A program made the position numbers and the translations under genes. DNA of 64,000 bases, taken from Torpedo marmorata. Lineage: Eukaryota. Positions within the stretch are counted from its first letter, which is position 1; each line of letters begins with the position of its first letter. The notes under the pieces were generated by a model, which saw only the letters and a program-made list of their open reading frames with translations, was not told the origin of the DNA and searched no databases. The stretch is from assembly GCA_977017645.1 (NCBI GenBank), contig OZ360221.1, positions 40,424,001 through 40,488,000 of the forward strand, in the 5' to 3' direction. Shown piece by piece: positions 11,810 through 22,369 of the stretch.

Positions 11810-12869
11810 CCATAATGTGGGAAAGTGGATCAGCAAGTGTGCATATGACACAAAAATTGGAGGCGTTGTGGACAGTGAGGAAGGCTTTCAAAGCTTGCAG
11901 AGGGATCTGGACCAGCTGGAAAAATGGGCAGAAAAATGTCAGATGGAATTTAATGCAGACAATTGTGAGGTGTTGCATTTTGGAAGAACAAACCAAGAAA
12001 GGTTATACACGGTAAATCGTAGGGCACTGAGGAGTGCGTTAGAACAGAAGGATCTGGGAATACAGATGCATACCATATATACTCGTGTAATAGTTGGTCC
12101 CGTGTAATAGTCGACCCCGCCCCCTTTTATGGCCTAACAATCGCATTTTCTGTATGACCCGTGTAAAAGTCGACGCCCCTATTTTTGGCGCCGACCGCTC
12201 ACCCATCCAAGCTCCTGACGCCCCAACCACGAACCCTTGCCTCGGCTTCCCGCCTATGCAAGCTCCTGACGCCCCGACTGCCCACCAATCCGAGCTCCCG
12301 ACGCCCTGACTGCGAACCCTTGCCACGGCTCTCCGCCCACCAAACCTCCTGTCGCCCCAGCCACAGACTCTCTCCTAGGTCCCGGCTGCCCACCGGAACT
12401 CCCGATGTTCCAACCGTGGATCCTCGCCTTGACCGCCTGCCCACCGGAGGTCTCAACGCCCCTACCGTGGATCCTCTCCTTGGTCGCCTGCCCACCAGAG
12501 CTCCTGACGCCCCGACCGTGTATCCTCGCCCTGGCTGCCCCCCCATCCAAGCTCCCGATGCCCTGGCCACAGACTCTCTCCTAGGCCCCGGCCGCCAGCC
12601 CATCCAAATGCCCCGAACACGGACTTACCATCCGGTCCCGGCCATCCGAGCTCCAGATGCCTTGAACGATGCAGGTACATCCGTGGTCAAAAGTATGACC
12701 CATGTAAAAGTCGACCCCCCCAAATTTGACCCATTAAATTGGTCCAAAAAAACTCGACTATTTCACAAGTATGTACGGTAATTCCCTAAAAGTGGCATCA
12801 CAGGTCGATAGGGTTATAAAGAGAGCTTTTGGCATATTGGACTTCATAAATCAAAGTATTAAGTATAGG
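11810..12869 (+). mobile_element. CR1 RT fragment (hosts the Tc2-like MITE; cut off by the Penelope element)
   Basis: ISKCAYDTKIGGVVDSEEG...MEFNADNCEVLHFG; continues after 12780. Confidence 0.85.
12073..12778. mobile_element. Tc1/mariner (Tc2-like) MITE with an internal ~51-bp GC-rich minisatellite
   Basis: Ends CCATATATACTCGTG / CACAAGTATGTACGG; TA TSD at 12071-72 and 12779-80; removal restores CR1 GATGCATAATTCCCT. Confidence 0.85.
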
Positions 12870-13420
12870 ACACAAAATGCTGGAGAAGCTCAGCAGGTCA
12901 AACAGTGTCCTTTATGTAGCAAAGGTAGAAATACATAACCGATGTTTCGGGCTTGAGCCCTTCATCAAGGTATGAGAGAATGCCGGCAGGCATCCAAACA
13001 AAAGGGTAGGGGGGGAGGGGGATTGGCAAAGGCAGGAGATGATAGGTGGAAGAGGGGAGGGAGGGGACAGCAGCAATGAGGGGGAGGAGGGTTGGCTGGG
13101 TGGGTGAGGGGGAAGGGAGGGGAGAACTGGAAAGACAGGAAAGGAGGAGAGGAAAGAAAAGGTGAGCAGGTTTAACGGAAAGCAGAGAAATCAATGTTAA
13201 TGCCATTTGGCTGGAGAGTGCCCAGACGGAAGATAAGGTGTTGTTCCTTCAATCTGCGGGTGGTCAGGGTGGGATAGTGCAAAAGGCCATGGACAGACAT
13301 GTGAGTCTGGGAGTGTGACTCAGAATTGAAATGATTGGCTACTTGGAGGTCGCTGCGGATGGAGAGTAGGTGCTCAGTGAAGCGATCTCCCAATCTGCGA
13401 CCGGTCTCTTCGATGTAGAG

Positions 13421-14317
13421 TGTTACAAATTCAAACCAGCAACGACAGAAGACACAATGCAAAAGGGGTAAAATTGAAATTATTATTTATTAAACACAAG
13501 TAAACATATAATTTCACAACAATTAACCCCACTATAAACGTCTATAAACTCTATTCTTATCTAAAAGGTGTATGTGTGTGTGTGTAAAGCCCAGACCATT
13601 ACAGTCTGTGCCCAACCCTTATGTAAAAATGGAAAAACTTTCCCCAAAAACCCCAGGTCAGTCATAAAAAAAAAATCAGTCAAAAAAAAGGATAATACAG
13701 TCCACAAAATCCACTCTCTAAGTTCAGGCTTCAATACAGCTCTGAGTCTGGTAGAAGTACTTCTGAATGAACGTTGGAGAGAGACAATGACTGTTTATGC
13801 TTACAAATACTTGTTTTCTTCTCTGATGACATCCCCTTCTTGTAGGTTCATAAGGATTGCAAGTTCCAGATCAGTATACCACTGATTTAGGCGTGTGCTT
13901 GAATCTCACAGCTAGTCTCGCTGATCTCACGCCTGTTCTCCACAGAAGTTGCTTTTTCTCAGAATTTCTCTGAGACAGGAGGCCATGTGCTATTTTGCCA
14001 GATTTTCTCTGACTTTGCACACGCCTGGATTTGGCTGTGTCTTGTAGCCTTTGCAACTCACAACTGTGTGCTTTGCAGAGATCTGCCCCTGCTTTTTGCA
14101 GAAGTGAAACAAATGTATCTTGTCCCGTCTGTCTCTCTCTCTCTCTGGTCTCTCTCTGTCTGGGTACACCAAGAGTGCAACAATGTATCTTGTCTGGGTA
14201 CACCAAGTAGCTGGGGAAGTTAACTCTTTCAGTACCTGGCCCCAGTGTATACTCCAAAAGACTTCATCCTTCCTGCTGACCGTCCGCAGTCCAAATGGTC
14301 AGTCATGGTCCATAACA
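13421..14317 (-). repeat. 3' LTR of the Gmr1-type element
   Basis: Direct repeat of 18424-19320; about 10 substitutions counted by eye. Confidence 0.97.
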
Positions 14318-14329
14318 CCTCCCACCCAC
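14318..14329 (-). promoter_or_regulatory. Polypurine tract
   Basis: GTGGGTGGGAGG on the minus strand directly before the 3' LTR. Confidence 0.8.
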
Positions 14330-14449
14330 AAAGGAAATTTTGGTCTGCAAGAACAAAATTTAGGAAAGTAATTGAGGTGTCAGAATATAAACAAAATCTA
14401 CAATGTTCATCCACAAATACAAAATATGAACTATTTTCATTAATAAAGT

Positions 14450-16594
14450 TTAACATCTAGAAAGACAATCAGCAATTACGTTAACTTTCCCTTTTATATG
14501 AGTGATTACCAAATTATATTCTTGTAAAATTAGACTCCAATTCAACAACCGTCGATTCTTATTTTTCATTTTACAAAGAAAAACCAATGGATTATGGTCA
14601 GTATACACTATGAGTGGTTTTTGAGCTGTACAGATATACACATCAAAGTGTTGTAGAGCCAACACAAGAGCCAACAACTCTTTTTCTATAGTTGAATAAT
14701 TCCTTTGATGATCATTGAACTTCTTCGAGAAGTGGGATACCGGATGGTCAATGTCCTCTTCGTTCTTCTTCTGTAACAGCACCGCACCCACAGCTTCATC
14801 GCTCGCATCCACGGCTAAAGAAAACGACTGTTCTAAATTAGGTGACTTAAGCACAGGTTGGTGGCATAACATGGCTTTCAATTTGACAAATGCTTCCTGA
14901 CAACCTGTTGACCATACAAATTTTTCTTTCTTTCTAAGCAAATTTGTGAGAGGGAGCGCAAGATCAGTAAAGTTTTTACAGAACTTGCGGTAGTAGCCAA
15001 TCATTCCCAGGAACCTCCTCAGAGTTTTCTTACCAGTTGGAACAGGGAACTCGGAAATAGTCACAACCTTTTCCTCTACTGGCCCCAACTGCCCCTGTCC
15101 TACTACATAACTCCGAGAATTAACAGTCCCATGACCCTCTCTGAAACTGGTTATATCTGTCTCCTCCTTACCCCTGTCAATAACCAGTACCTCTGGTACA
15201 TTTTCAGTCCCTTTGTGTGGCACCTGTTCAAAATATGGCTTAATCATATTCACATGACAGACCTGTGTGTCTCGTCTGCGATTAGGTGTTTCTATGACAT
15301 AGGTGACATCATTAATTTTTGACTTAACTCTATAGGGTCCTGAAAATCTAGCCCTAAGAGGATTTGAATGGATGGGAAACAGAACTAATACGTTCTCACC
15401 AAGTTTAAAAGTTCTCATCTTTGCCTTTCGATCATACCAAACCTTCATTCTCTGTTGAGTGGCCTTTAAATTCTCCTTTGCCATCTCACAAGCCCTATGC
15501 AATTGATCCTTAAATTTGGAAACATAATCTAACAGATTTAAATGCACATCACGATTAATCCACTGTTCTTTTAATAATCTTAAAGGACCTCTCACCTCAT
15601 GTCCGAAAACTAACTGAAATGGACTAAAACCAAGTGAGTCTTGGACAGACTCCCTCGCTGCAAATAACAACAAATGAACCCCCTCATCCCAATCCTTTTC
15701 CTTCTCACAACAATAGGTTCTAATCATGGTTTTCAAAGTCGAATGGAACCTCTCCAAGGCCCCTTGACTTTCTGGATGGTACGCAGAGGATACAATCTGT
15801 TTAACTCCTAGTCCATCAACCACTTGTTGGAAAATGCCTGACATGAAATTACTGCCCTGATCTGATTGAATTTCCCTTGGCAAACCTACCAAGGTGAAAA
15901 ACTTTACCATAGCCTTTACAATTGACTTTGCTTTTATGTTTCTCAGAGGAATGGCCTCTGGAAATCTGGTGGCTGCACACATAATTGTTAACAAATATTC
16001 ATTCCCCACTTTGGTTTTGGGCAATGGGCCAACACAGTCCACAATTACTCTCGAGAAAGGCTCACTGAAAGCAGGGATAGGTTGCAAGGGTGCCACCGGG
16101 GGACCCTGATTAGGTTTACCCACCACCTGACCAGTGTGACAGGCCCGGCAAAAGCTTACAACCTCCCTTCTTAAACTGGGCCAATAAAATTGTTTCATTA
16201 TTTTCCTTATAGTTTTCTTCACCCCAAGATGACCACCTAAGGGTGTACTATGAGCCAAAGTTATTATTGCATCCCTATATACTTTATGGATCACAACCTG
16301 CTGCACTACTGCCCATTCTTCATTGGCAGGAACATCGCGTGGTCTCCACTTTCTCATCAACACCCCATCTTTTTCATAATAACCTACTGGCACCTTTTTA
16401 ATCTCCTCTTCAGAGAGAAACTTATCCCTCACCTCAACAAGATCAGGATCGTCCTTTTGCCTTGCTATTAACTCCTGTCGGGATAGTGAGAAATCTGTGC
16501 CTTTAGGTGTCTTATCAGTGGATGGGTGTAACATACGAGATTGCTCAACCGTTTCCAGGTTTTCTTGATTATCAGTTTCTTTTTCTTTTACCAA
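14450..16594 (-). CDS. Pol: integrase fused to RT thumb/connection and RNase H (no RT palm)
   Basis: HHCC-type motif (AHSTPLGGHLG...CRAC), VDCVGP, QSDQGSNF, YHPESQGALER, GPY; then LRRFLGMIGYYRKF, VDASDEAVGAVL, YSTIEKELLA, TDHNPL, NVIADCLSR; no YxDD. Confidence 0.92.
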   Translation of the reverse strand: MVKEKETDNQENLETVEQSRMLHPSTDKTPKGTDFSLSRQELIARQKDDPDLVEVRDKFLSEEEIKKVPVGYYEKDGVLMRKWRPRDVPANEEWAVVQQVVIHKVYRDAIITLAHSTPLGGHLGVKKTIRKIMKQFYWPSLRREVVSFCRACHTGQVVGKPNQGPPVAPLQPIPAFSEPFSRVIVDCVGPLPKTKVGNEYLLTIMCAATRFPEAIPLRNIKAKSIVKAMVKFFTLVGLPREIQSDQGSNFMSGIFQQVVDGLGVKQIVSSAYHPESQGALERFHSTLKTMIRTYCCEKEKDWDEGVHLLLFAARESVQDSLGFSPFQLVFGHEVRGPLRLLKEQWINRDVHLNLLDYVSKFKDQLHRACEMAKENLKATQQRMKVWYDRKAKMRTFKLGENVLVLFPIHSNPLRARFSGPYRVKSKINDVTYVIETPNRRRDTQVCHVNMIKPYFEQVPHKGTENVPEVLVIDRGKEETDITSFREGHGTVNSRSYVVGQGQLGPVEEKVVTISEFPVPTGKKTLRRFLGMIGYYRKFCKNFTDLALPLTNLLRKKEKFVWSTGCQEAFVKLKAMLCHQPVLKSPNLEQSFSLAVDASDEAVGAVLLQKKNEEDIDHPVSHFSKKFNDHQRNYSTIEKELLALVLALQHFDVYICTAQKPLIVYTDHNPLVFLCKMKNKNRRLLNWSLILQEYNLVITHIKGKVNVIADCLSRC

Positions 16595-16600
16595 GTTATT

Positions 16601-18315
16601 TTACACTGCCTTGTCTACAGTGACATTTTTCTTAGACATGGCCCTGGTTATGGCACATGCGGGATAAATATCAGAGTCTTTCTCTGACTTATCAATGACT
16701 GGCTTAGTGGTCATTCTCACTGCAGGAACTACTTTACCCTTGGCCAAGTCATTGCCTAACAACAGTGAGACTCCTTCTACGGGCAACTCTGATCTCACTC
16801 CTATTATAACTGGTCCTTCCACCAAGTCTGAGTTCAATACTATTTTGTGCAAAGGAATGGACTCAACCTCACCACCAATTCCTTTTATTAAATTTATGTC
16901 ACCGATGTCAGTAGCTTCACAAAATTCCAAGACACTATCTAACACAAGTGACTGAGCAGCTCAAGTATCTCTCAAGATTTTCACTGGAACTTGTTTTGAT
17001 CCTGCCTTAACTAAAACAAAACCATCAGTCACAAAAGGTTTAAATACATCTTTAACTTTGTCAGTAAATTTATCTCCTTCCTGGGTGTTATGCATCTTCT
17101 CACTCTGAATACAAGCATTAGGTGTTGCATCCTTTTCTCTCTTCTTTTTCAACACTGGACAGCTTGCTAGCATATGACCAACCTTCCTACAGTAGTGGCA
17201 AATGGGACCCGAATTGTTTTCCCTTTTCCACTTTCCTTCATCCCTTTCCTTAACACCACTTCCAAATTTACTTTCCACTTGCTTCTGATTATCCACCGTG
17301 ACCTTTTGGAAAATTCTACCTGACGTCCACTTAGGCTTGTGGGTTAAAGCATATTCATCTGCTAACTTAGCTGAATTTTGCCAAGTTTTCACCTCCTTTT
17401 CATCTAAGTAGGACTTAATATCCTCAGGAACACACCTTTTTATCTCCTCAATTATTATCAATTCTCTCAATTGATTGTAATCATTGTTTACTTCCTTAGA
17501 TGTGCACCATCTGTCAAAACACACAACTTTTTCATAGGCAAACTCTGTATAAGATTGGGTTGCTGATCTTTTTAAATTTCTAAACTTCTGTCTATAAGCC
17601 TCTGGAACTAACTCATAAGCCTGGAGTATAGCCTTTTTCACCGTTTCATAATCAGCAGCTTGCTCCGTGGTAATAGTAGAATAAGCTTGCTGAGCTTTTC
17701 CTTTTATTACACTTTGTAACATAAGAGACCATTGGTCTTGTGGCCATTTTAATTTCACAGCCACTTTCTCAAAATGTTGGAAGTACTTATCTATTTCTGC
17801 CTCCTCAAATGGAGGAACCAACCTAACTTCTCTACTAGCCAAAAACCCCTCAGCAGGATGACGAATTTGATCTTGGCGCTCTTCTTGTCTCCTCTCATTT
17901 TCCAACTTTATCTTTTCCAGCATATATATATCCGATTTTTCTCCTCGTTCTCTAAGTCTAATCTCTTCTGTTCCCTGGCTACCTCTAATTCTAATTTCCT
18001 TTTTTCTAATTCCAATTCTAATTTCTTTTGTTCCCTGGCTGCCTCCAATTTCTTTAGTTCCAACTGTATGTTTTCAGAAGGTTTACCCTTGGGAAACTGC
18101 TCTAACATGCTCTCCTCAAATTATTTTTCTTTTATATAGTATTTGACTATTTTTCTCCCAATCTCTGCCTTTTTCATAGATGGTTTTACAGAAGCAATGC
18201 CCAACTCTGTCGCTATAGCCACTAACTGTTGCTTTTTCGCCTTTTTTAAAGTATCAGGTTCAGGTGATTCCAAAAAATGTTCTACATCCATTGTTGCTGG
18301 TTTTTTGTTACACAC
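16601..18315 (-). pseudogene. Disrupted gag-protease of the Gmr1-type element
   Basis: AYELVPEAYRQKFR capsid region, CHYCRKVGHMLASC zinc knuckle, protease LRDT*AAQS with a stop at the DTG glycine; in-frame stops at 18121, 16961 and 16601; frameshift in an AT run near 17925. Confidence 0.88.
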
Positions 18316-18407
18316 ACACTAGCTTTTAATTAGCTTTACCAAAAGGAATGCCTTAAACCAAACTGGGATTCCTTCAATTACCAAGATGGATTTTGATTCA
18401 AATCTTA

Positions 18408-18420
18408 GGACGAGCCCCCA
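18408..18420 (-). promoter_or_regulatory. Primer-binding site, tRNA-Pro
   Basis: Minus-strand TGGGGGCTCGTCC 3 nt after the 5' LTR, complementary to the tRNA-Pro 3' end. Confidence 0.88.
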
Positions 18421-18423
18421 ATT

Positions 18424-19320
18424 TGTTACAAATTCAAACCAGCAACGACAGAAGACGCAATGCAAAAGGGGTAAAATTGAAATGATTATTTATTAAACAC
18501 AAGTAAACATATAATTTCACAACAATTAACCCCACTATAAACGTCTATAAACTCTATTCTTATCTAAAAGGTGTATGTGTGTGTGTGTAAAGCCCAGACC
18601 ATTACAGTCTGTGCCCAACCCTTATGTAAAAATGGAAAAACTTTCCCCAAAAACCCCAGGTCAGTCATAAAAAACAAGTCAGTCAAAAAAAAGGATAATA
18701 CAGTCCACAAAATCCACTCTCTAAGTTCAGGCTTCAATACAGCTCTGAGTCTTGTAGAAGTACTTCTGAATGAATGTTGGAGAGAGACAATGACTGTTTA
18801 TGCTTACAAATACTTGTTTTCTTCTCTGATGACGTCCCCTTCTTGTAGGTTCATAAGGATTGCAAGATCCAGATCAGTATACCACTGATTTAGGCGTGTG
18901 CTTGAATCTCACAGCTAGTCTCGCTGATCTCACGCCTGTTCTCCACAGAAGTTGCTTTTTCTCAGAATTTCTCTGAGACAGGAGGCCATGTGCTATTTTG
19001 CCAGATTTTCTCTGACTTTGCACATGCCTGGATTTGGCTGTGTCTTGTAGCCTTTGCAACTCACAACTGTGTGCTTTGCAGAGATCTGCCCCTGCTTTTT
19101 GCAGAAGTGAAACAAATGTATCTTGTCCCGTCTGTCTCTCTCTCTCTCTGGTCTCTCTCTGTCTGGGTACACCAAGAGTGCAACAATGTATCTTGTCTGG
19201 GTACACCAAGTAGCTGGGGAAGTTAACTCTTTCAGTACCTGGCCCCAGTGTATACTCCAAAAGACTTCATCCTTCCTGCTGACCGTCCGCAGTCCAAATG
19301 GTCAGTCATGGCCCATAACA
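18424..19320 (-). repeat. 5' LTR of the Gmr1-type element
   Basis: Direct repeat of 13421-14317; adjacent to the PBS. Confidence 0.97.
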
Positions 19321-19564
19321 AGAGAATGCCATAAAGGGAGCACCGGATGCAGTAACTAAGTCCTGCGGATATACAAGTGAAGTGTTGCTTCACTTGAAAG
19401 GCCTGTTTGGGGACCCGGACTGTGACAAGGGAGGAGGTGTGGGCGCAAGTGTTGCACCTCCTGCGGCCACAGGGGAAGGTGCCGGGGGGCGATAGGTGGG
19501 GAGGGATGAGTGCACGAGGGAATCACGGAGGGTGTGGTCCCTGCAGAAGTCCGAGAGGGGAGGA

Positions 19565-19963
19565 CTGAAAGACCCTGCAGCGGATAGTTGGGTCAGCGGA
19601 GAAAGTTATTGGTGTCTCTCTCCCCACCATGACGGACATCTACAACACATGATGCAGGAGGAAGGCTAATAACATTGTGAAGGACTTCTCACACCCCTTT
19701 GGTAAACTTTTTTCCCTTTTGCCATCTGGAAGGAGGTACCAAAGCATTTGGGCTTGTACGTCCAGATTGTGCAACAGTTCTTTCCCCCAAGCCATCAGGC
19801 TCCTCAATTTTTAGATATATATGTGTATTAGCATGTTATAGTTTTTTTATTGTATTATGATATTTATGTACATTTGCTCATGGTCCTGGAGAAACGCTAT
19901 CTCGTCTTTACTGTGTATATGGTAATGAACGACAAATAAAGGTGACTTGACTTGACTTGACTT
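19565..19963 (+). mobile_element. Rex1/Babar 3' fragment inserted in the Penelope element
   Basis: LPSGRRY-type coding remnant, AATAAA plus (GACTT)n tail, probable TSD GAGGA (19560-64, 19964-68). Confidence 0.85.
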
Positions 19964-20483
19964 GAGGAGAAGGAAAAATGTGTCTGGTGGTGGGATCCTG
20001 TAGTAAGTGCCGGAAATTCCGGCGGATAATGTGTTGGATGCAGAGGCTGGTGGGGTGGTAGGTAAGGATGAGGGGGATTCTATGTTTGTTGCGTCTGGGG
20101 GCAGAGGGGGCCAGGGCAGATGAGCGGGAAATGGAGGAGATGCGGGTGAGGGCTGAGTTGATGATGGTGGAGGGGAAGCCACGTTTGTGGAAGAAGGCAG
20201 ACATTTCGGAAGATCTGGACTGGAAGACCTCATCTTGGGAATAGATGCGGTGGAGACGGAGAAATTGAGAGAAGGCGATGGAATCCTTGCAGGGGACAGG
20301 GTGTGAGGAAGTGTAGTCAAGGTAGTTGTGGGAGTTAGAGGGTTTGTAGTATATGTCGGTGGAAAGCTTGTTTCCCGAGATGGAGACAGAGAGATCCAGG
20401 AAGGGGAGAGTGTTATCGGAGATGGACCAGGTGAGTTTGAGATCAGGGTGGAAGTTAGACGCGAAGTGGATGAAGTTGACAAC

Positions 20484-21032
20484 GAAGTCCCTGATGATCT
20501 GCAAGATGAACTCATTGACCTTCAAAACGATTCTGGATGCAGAGATGTGCTTGAGACTTCGTCTATGAGTTTTGGCCAAAAATGACAGATGGTTACCCAA
20601 CATTGCGAAGGAGTGTCGTCAGAAGATCCTTCCCTTCGCGACCACTTATCTTTGTGAATCAGGCTTTTCGACGTTGCTGCAGGTGAAGACAAAGGCACGA
20701 AACCGCATTGAAGTGGAGGCAGTTCTCAGGTGTGCATTATCTACAACAGTACCAAGGATGTGGAAACTGGTGAAGAAACTTCAGGAACAGGGGTCTCATT
20801 AAAGTGGTTTGAGCTTTGATTTTGATTGGGAGTTTTTATGATCAGTGTATACTTGCAGTGTTTTTTGTTCTTTAAAAATGTTAAATAAAATACTTTAAAT
20901 TAGATAAAGATGTGTTTCTTGCAGAGCTGCCTTTGACTTGAAAATATTGCTCAGTCATTGCCACTAATGGGCCATAGCATGTTAGGCCGGAAGCCAGGTG
21001 GGCCTTAGACCGAAAAAGGTTGAGAACCACTG
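20484..21032 (+). mobile_element. hAT (Buster/Charlie) transposon 3' end
   Basis: LPFATTYLCESGFS...LRCALS...QGSH dimerisation domain (ORF 20572-20802); right TIR AAGGTTGAGAACCACTG. Confidence 0.88.
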
Positions 21033-22369
21033 TCTTAAGGATAGGCTGCTGACAGCACAGCTGTTATTTTAATTAAAATGAATTAGAATCCACTGATCTG
21101 GACATTTCCCTTCGTGGTGAAAGAGTTAAAAAAATGAGAATTGCAACTTTTATAATTCATTTAGTGCAACACTTCATGTTGAGTCCATGGAAGATTACGA
21201 GTGGGTGCCACTTTGTATGAGCCATGAAGAGGTAATGCATGATGAATTATTTTATTGTTTGTGTATACAAGACACAAATTAAAGGTTTGTTTTGCTCATA
21301 TCCTGTCATTTATTACTTTAAATGTGCACATTTTTCTTTCATTTTTAAACGTGCAAGGATTATTATGCCAAAAAGATCTTCAAAGCTTTTTGAACTCAGC
21401 AACATGCTAAGATTGCACAGAAGATGCAACCTTTAAATGTTTAGACAACAGTAGAGGAAGCTGAAATTGAAACTCCTTAACCTCGTGCATGTAAGCATGA
21501 TGTTGTCAGAGGTCTTGGAAACATTGTTTCCGTAGCTTCCTTTACCTTCCCTGGACATTGTTTTGGCACATCATTCCATCTGCCTTGTTCACAGCACATG
21601 GACAGTGTTGGCGTTGTTAAATCCCAGATTCGCTCATTATATCAAACATAAGTACACAAGAAGATAGAAGCAGAAGTCGGCCTGTCAGCCCCTCAAGCCA
21701 TCTACTATTCAATATGACCACGGCTGATCTACCCCAAACCTCCTGGCCTCTCTACTCCAGTTCTCCACATTGATTTCCTGAACTTTCATAAAGTTATGGA
21801 GTCGTACGGACATACAGTACAGAAACATTCCCTTTGTCTCACCACTTACCAGCTCTTGGTTCATAACCTTCAATGCCTTGATGATTTATGTATTCATCCA
21901 GGTACTCCCTAACTGCTATGTAACTACTTACACCTCGTACCCCAGCCAGCTCTCTCTCCACAGATGCTTCCTGTATTTCCAACATTTTCTGTTTATTTCA
22001 GGTTTCCAGTGTTTTGCTTTCCCAGCATGAATCTCACAGTTCACCTTTGTTTTCTTCCATCTTTCATCTCTTTCTATTTACATCTCCTCCTGCAGATCAT
22101 CTGCAGCTAACAAGGATTCAACCCCCTCTCTCTGCCAGCACCATCACTGCCTTTTACAATCAGTTTCATTTGTTCTCCTCCCGATCCCAGATATTCCTTT
22201 GGTTCTCTCCATCTCTTCCTCTCCCCGGCAAGCCTTCACCTGAAGCATTGACCCTGATCCTATTTTTGTAGATCCTGACCGACCTGCTGAGAATTTCCAA
22301 ATATTTTTGTTTTTATTTCTAGCCTTCCTGCTCACGTGTTCTGCACCTTGACCAACAAAGCCAATTATC

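Larger units (their letters stand above)
13421..19320 (-). mobile_element. Gmr1-type Ty3/Gypsy LTR retrotransposon, 5.9 kb, RT core deleted
   Basis: Two 897-bp LTRs with TGTTA...TAACA ends; 4-bp TSD AGAG (13417-20, 19321-24); PBS; PPT; gag-PR-IN-(RT thumb)-RNase H order. Confidence 0.95.
12870..20483 (-). mobile_element. Penelope-like element (RT C-terminal part plus GIY-YIG) in three pieces: 12870-13420, 19321-19564, 19964-20483
   Basis: NFHPDLKLTW...LPFLDL...YYKPSNSHNYLDYTSSHP...FSQFLRL (RT thumb); YCIRCS..LYIEETGRRLGDRFTEH (GIY-YIG) joins across the LTR insertion. Confidence 0.9.

Noticed and set aside
12185-12781. CRISPR-like array or a real 198-aa repeat protein
   Set aside because: Units are contiguous diverged tandem repeats without unique spacers, inside a eukaryotic MITE; ORFs on both strands reflect GC richness
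13568-14257. 105-128 aa ORFs duplicated at 18571-19260
   Set aside because: They lie inside the two LTRs, so the duplication is explained; no recognisable domains
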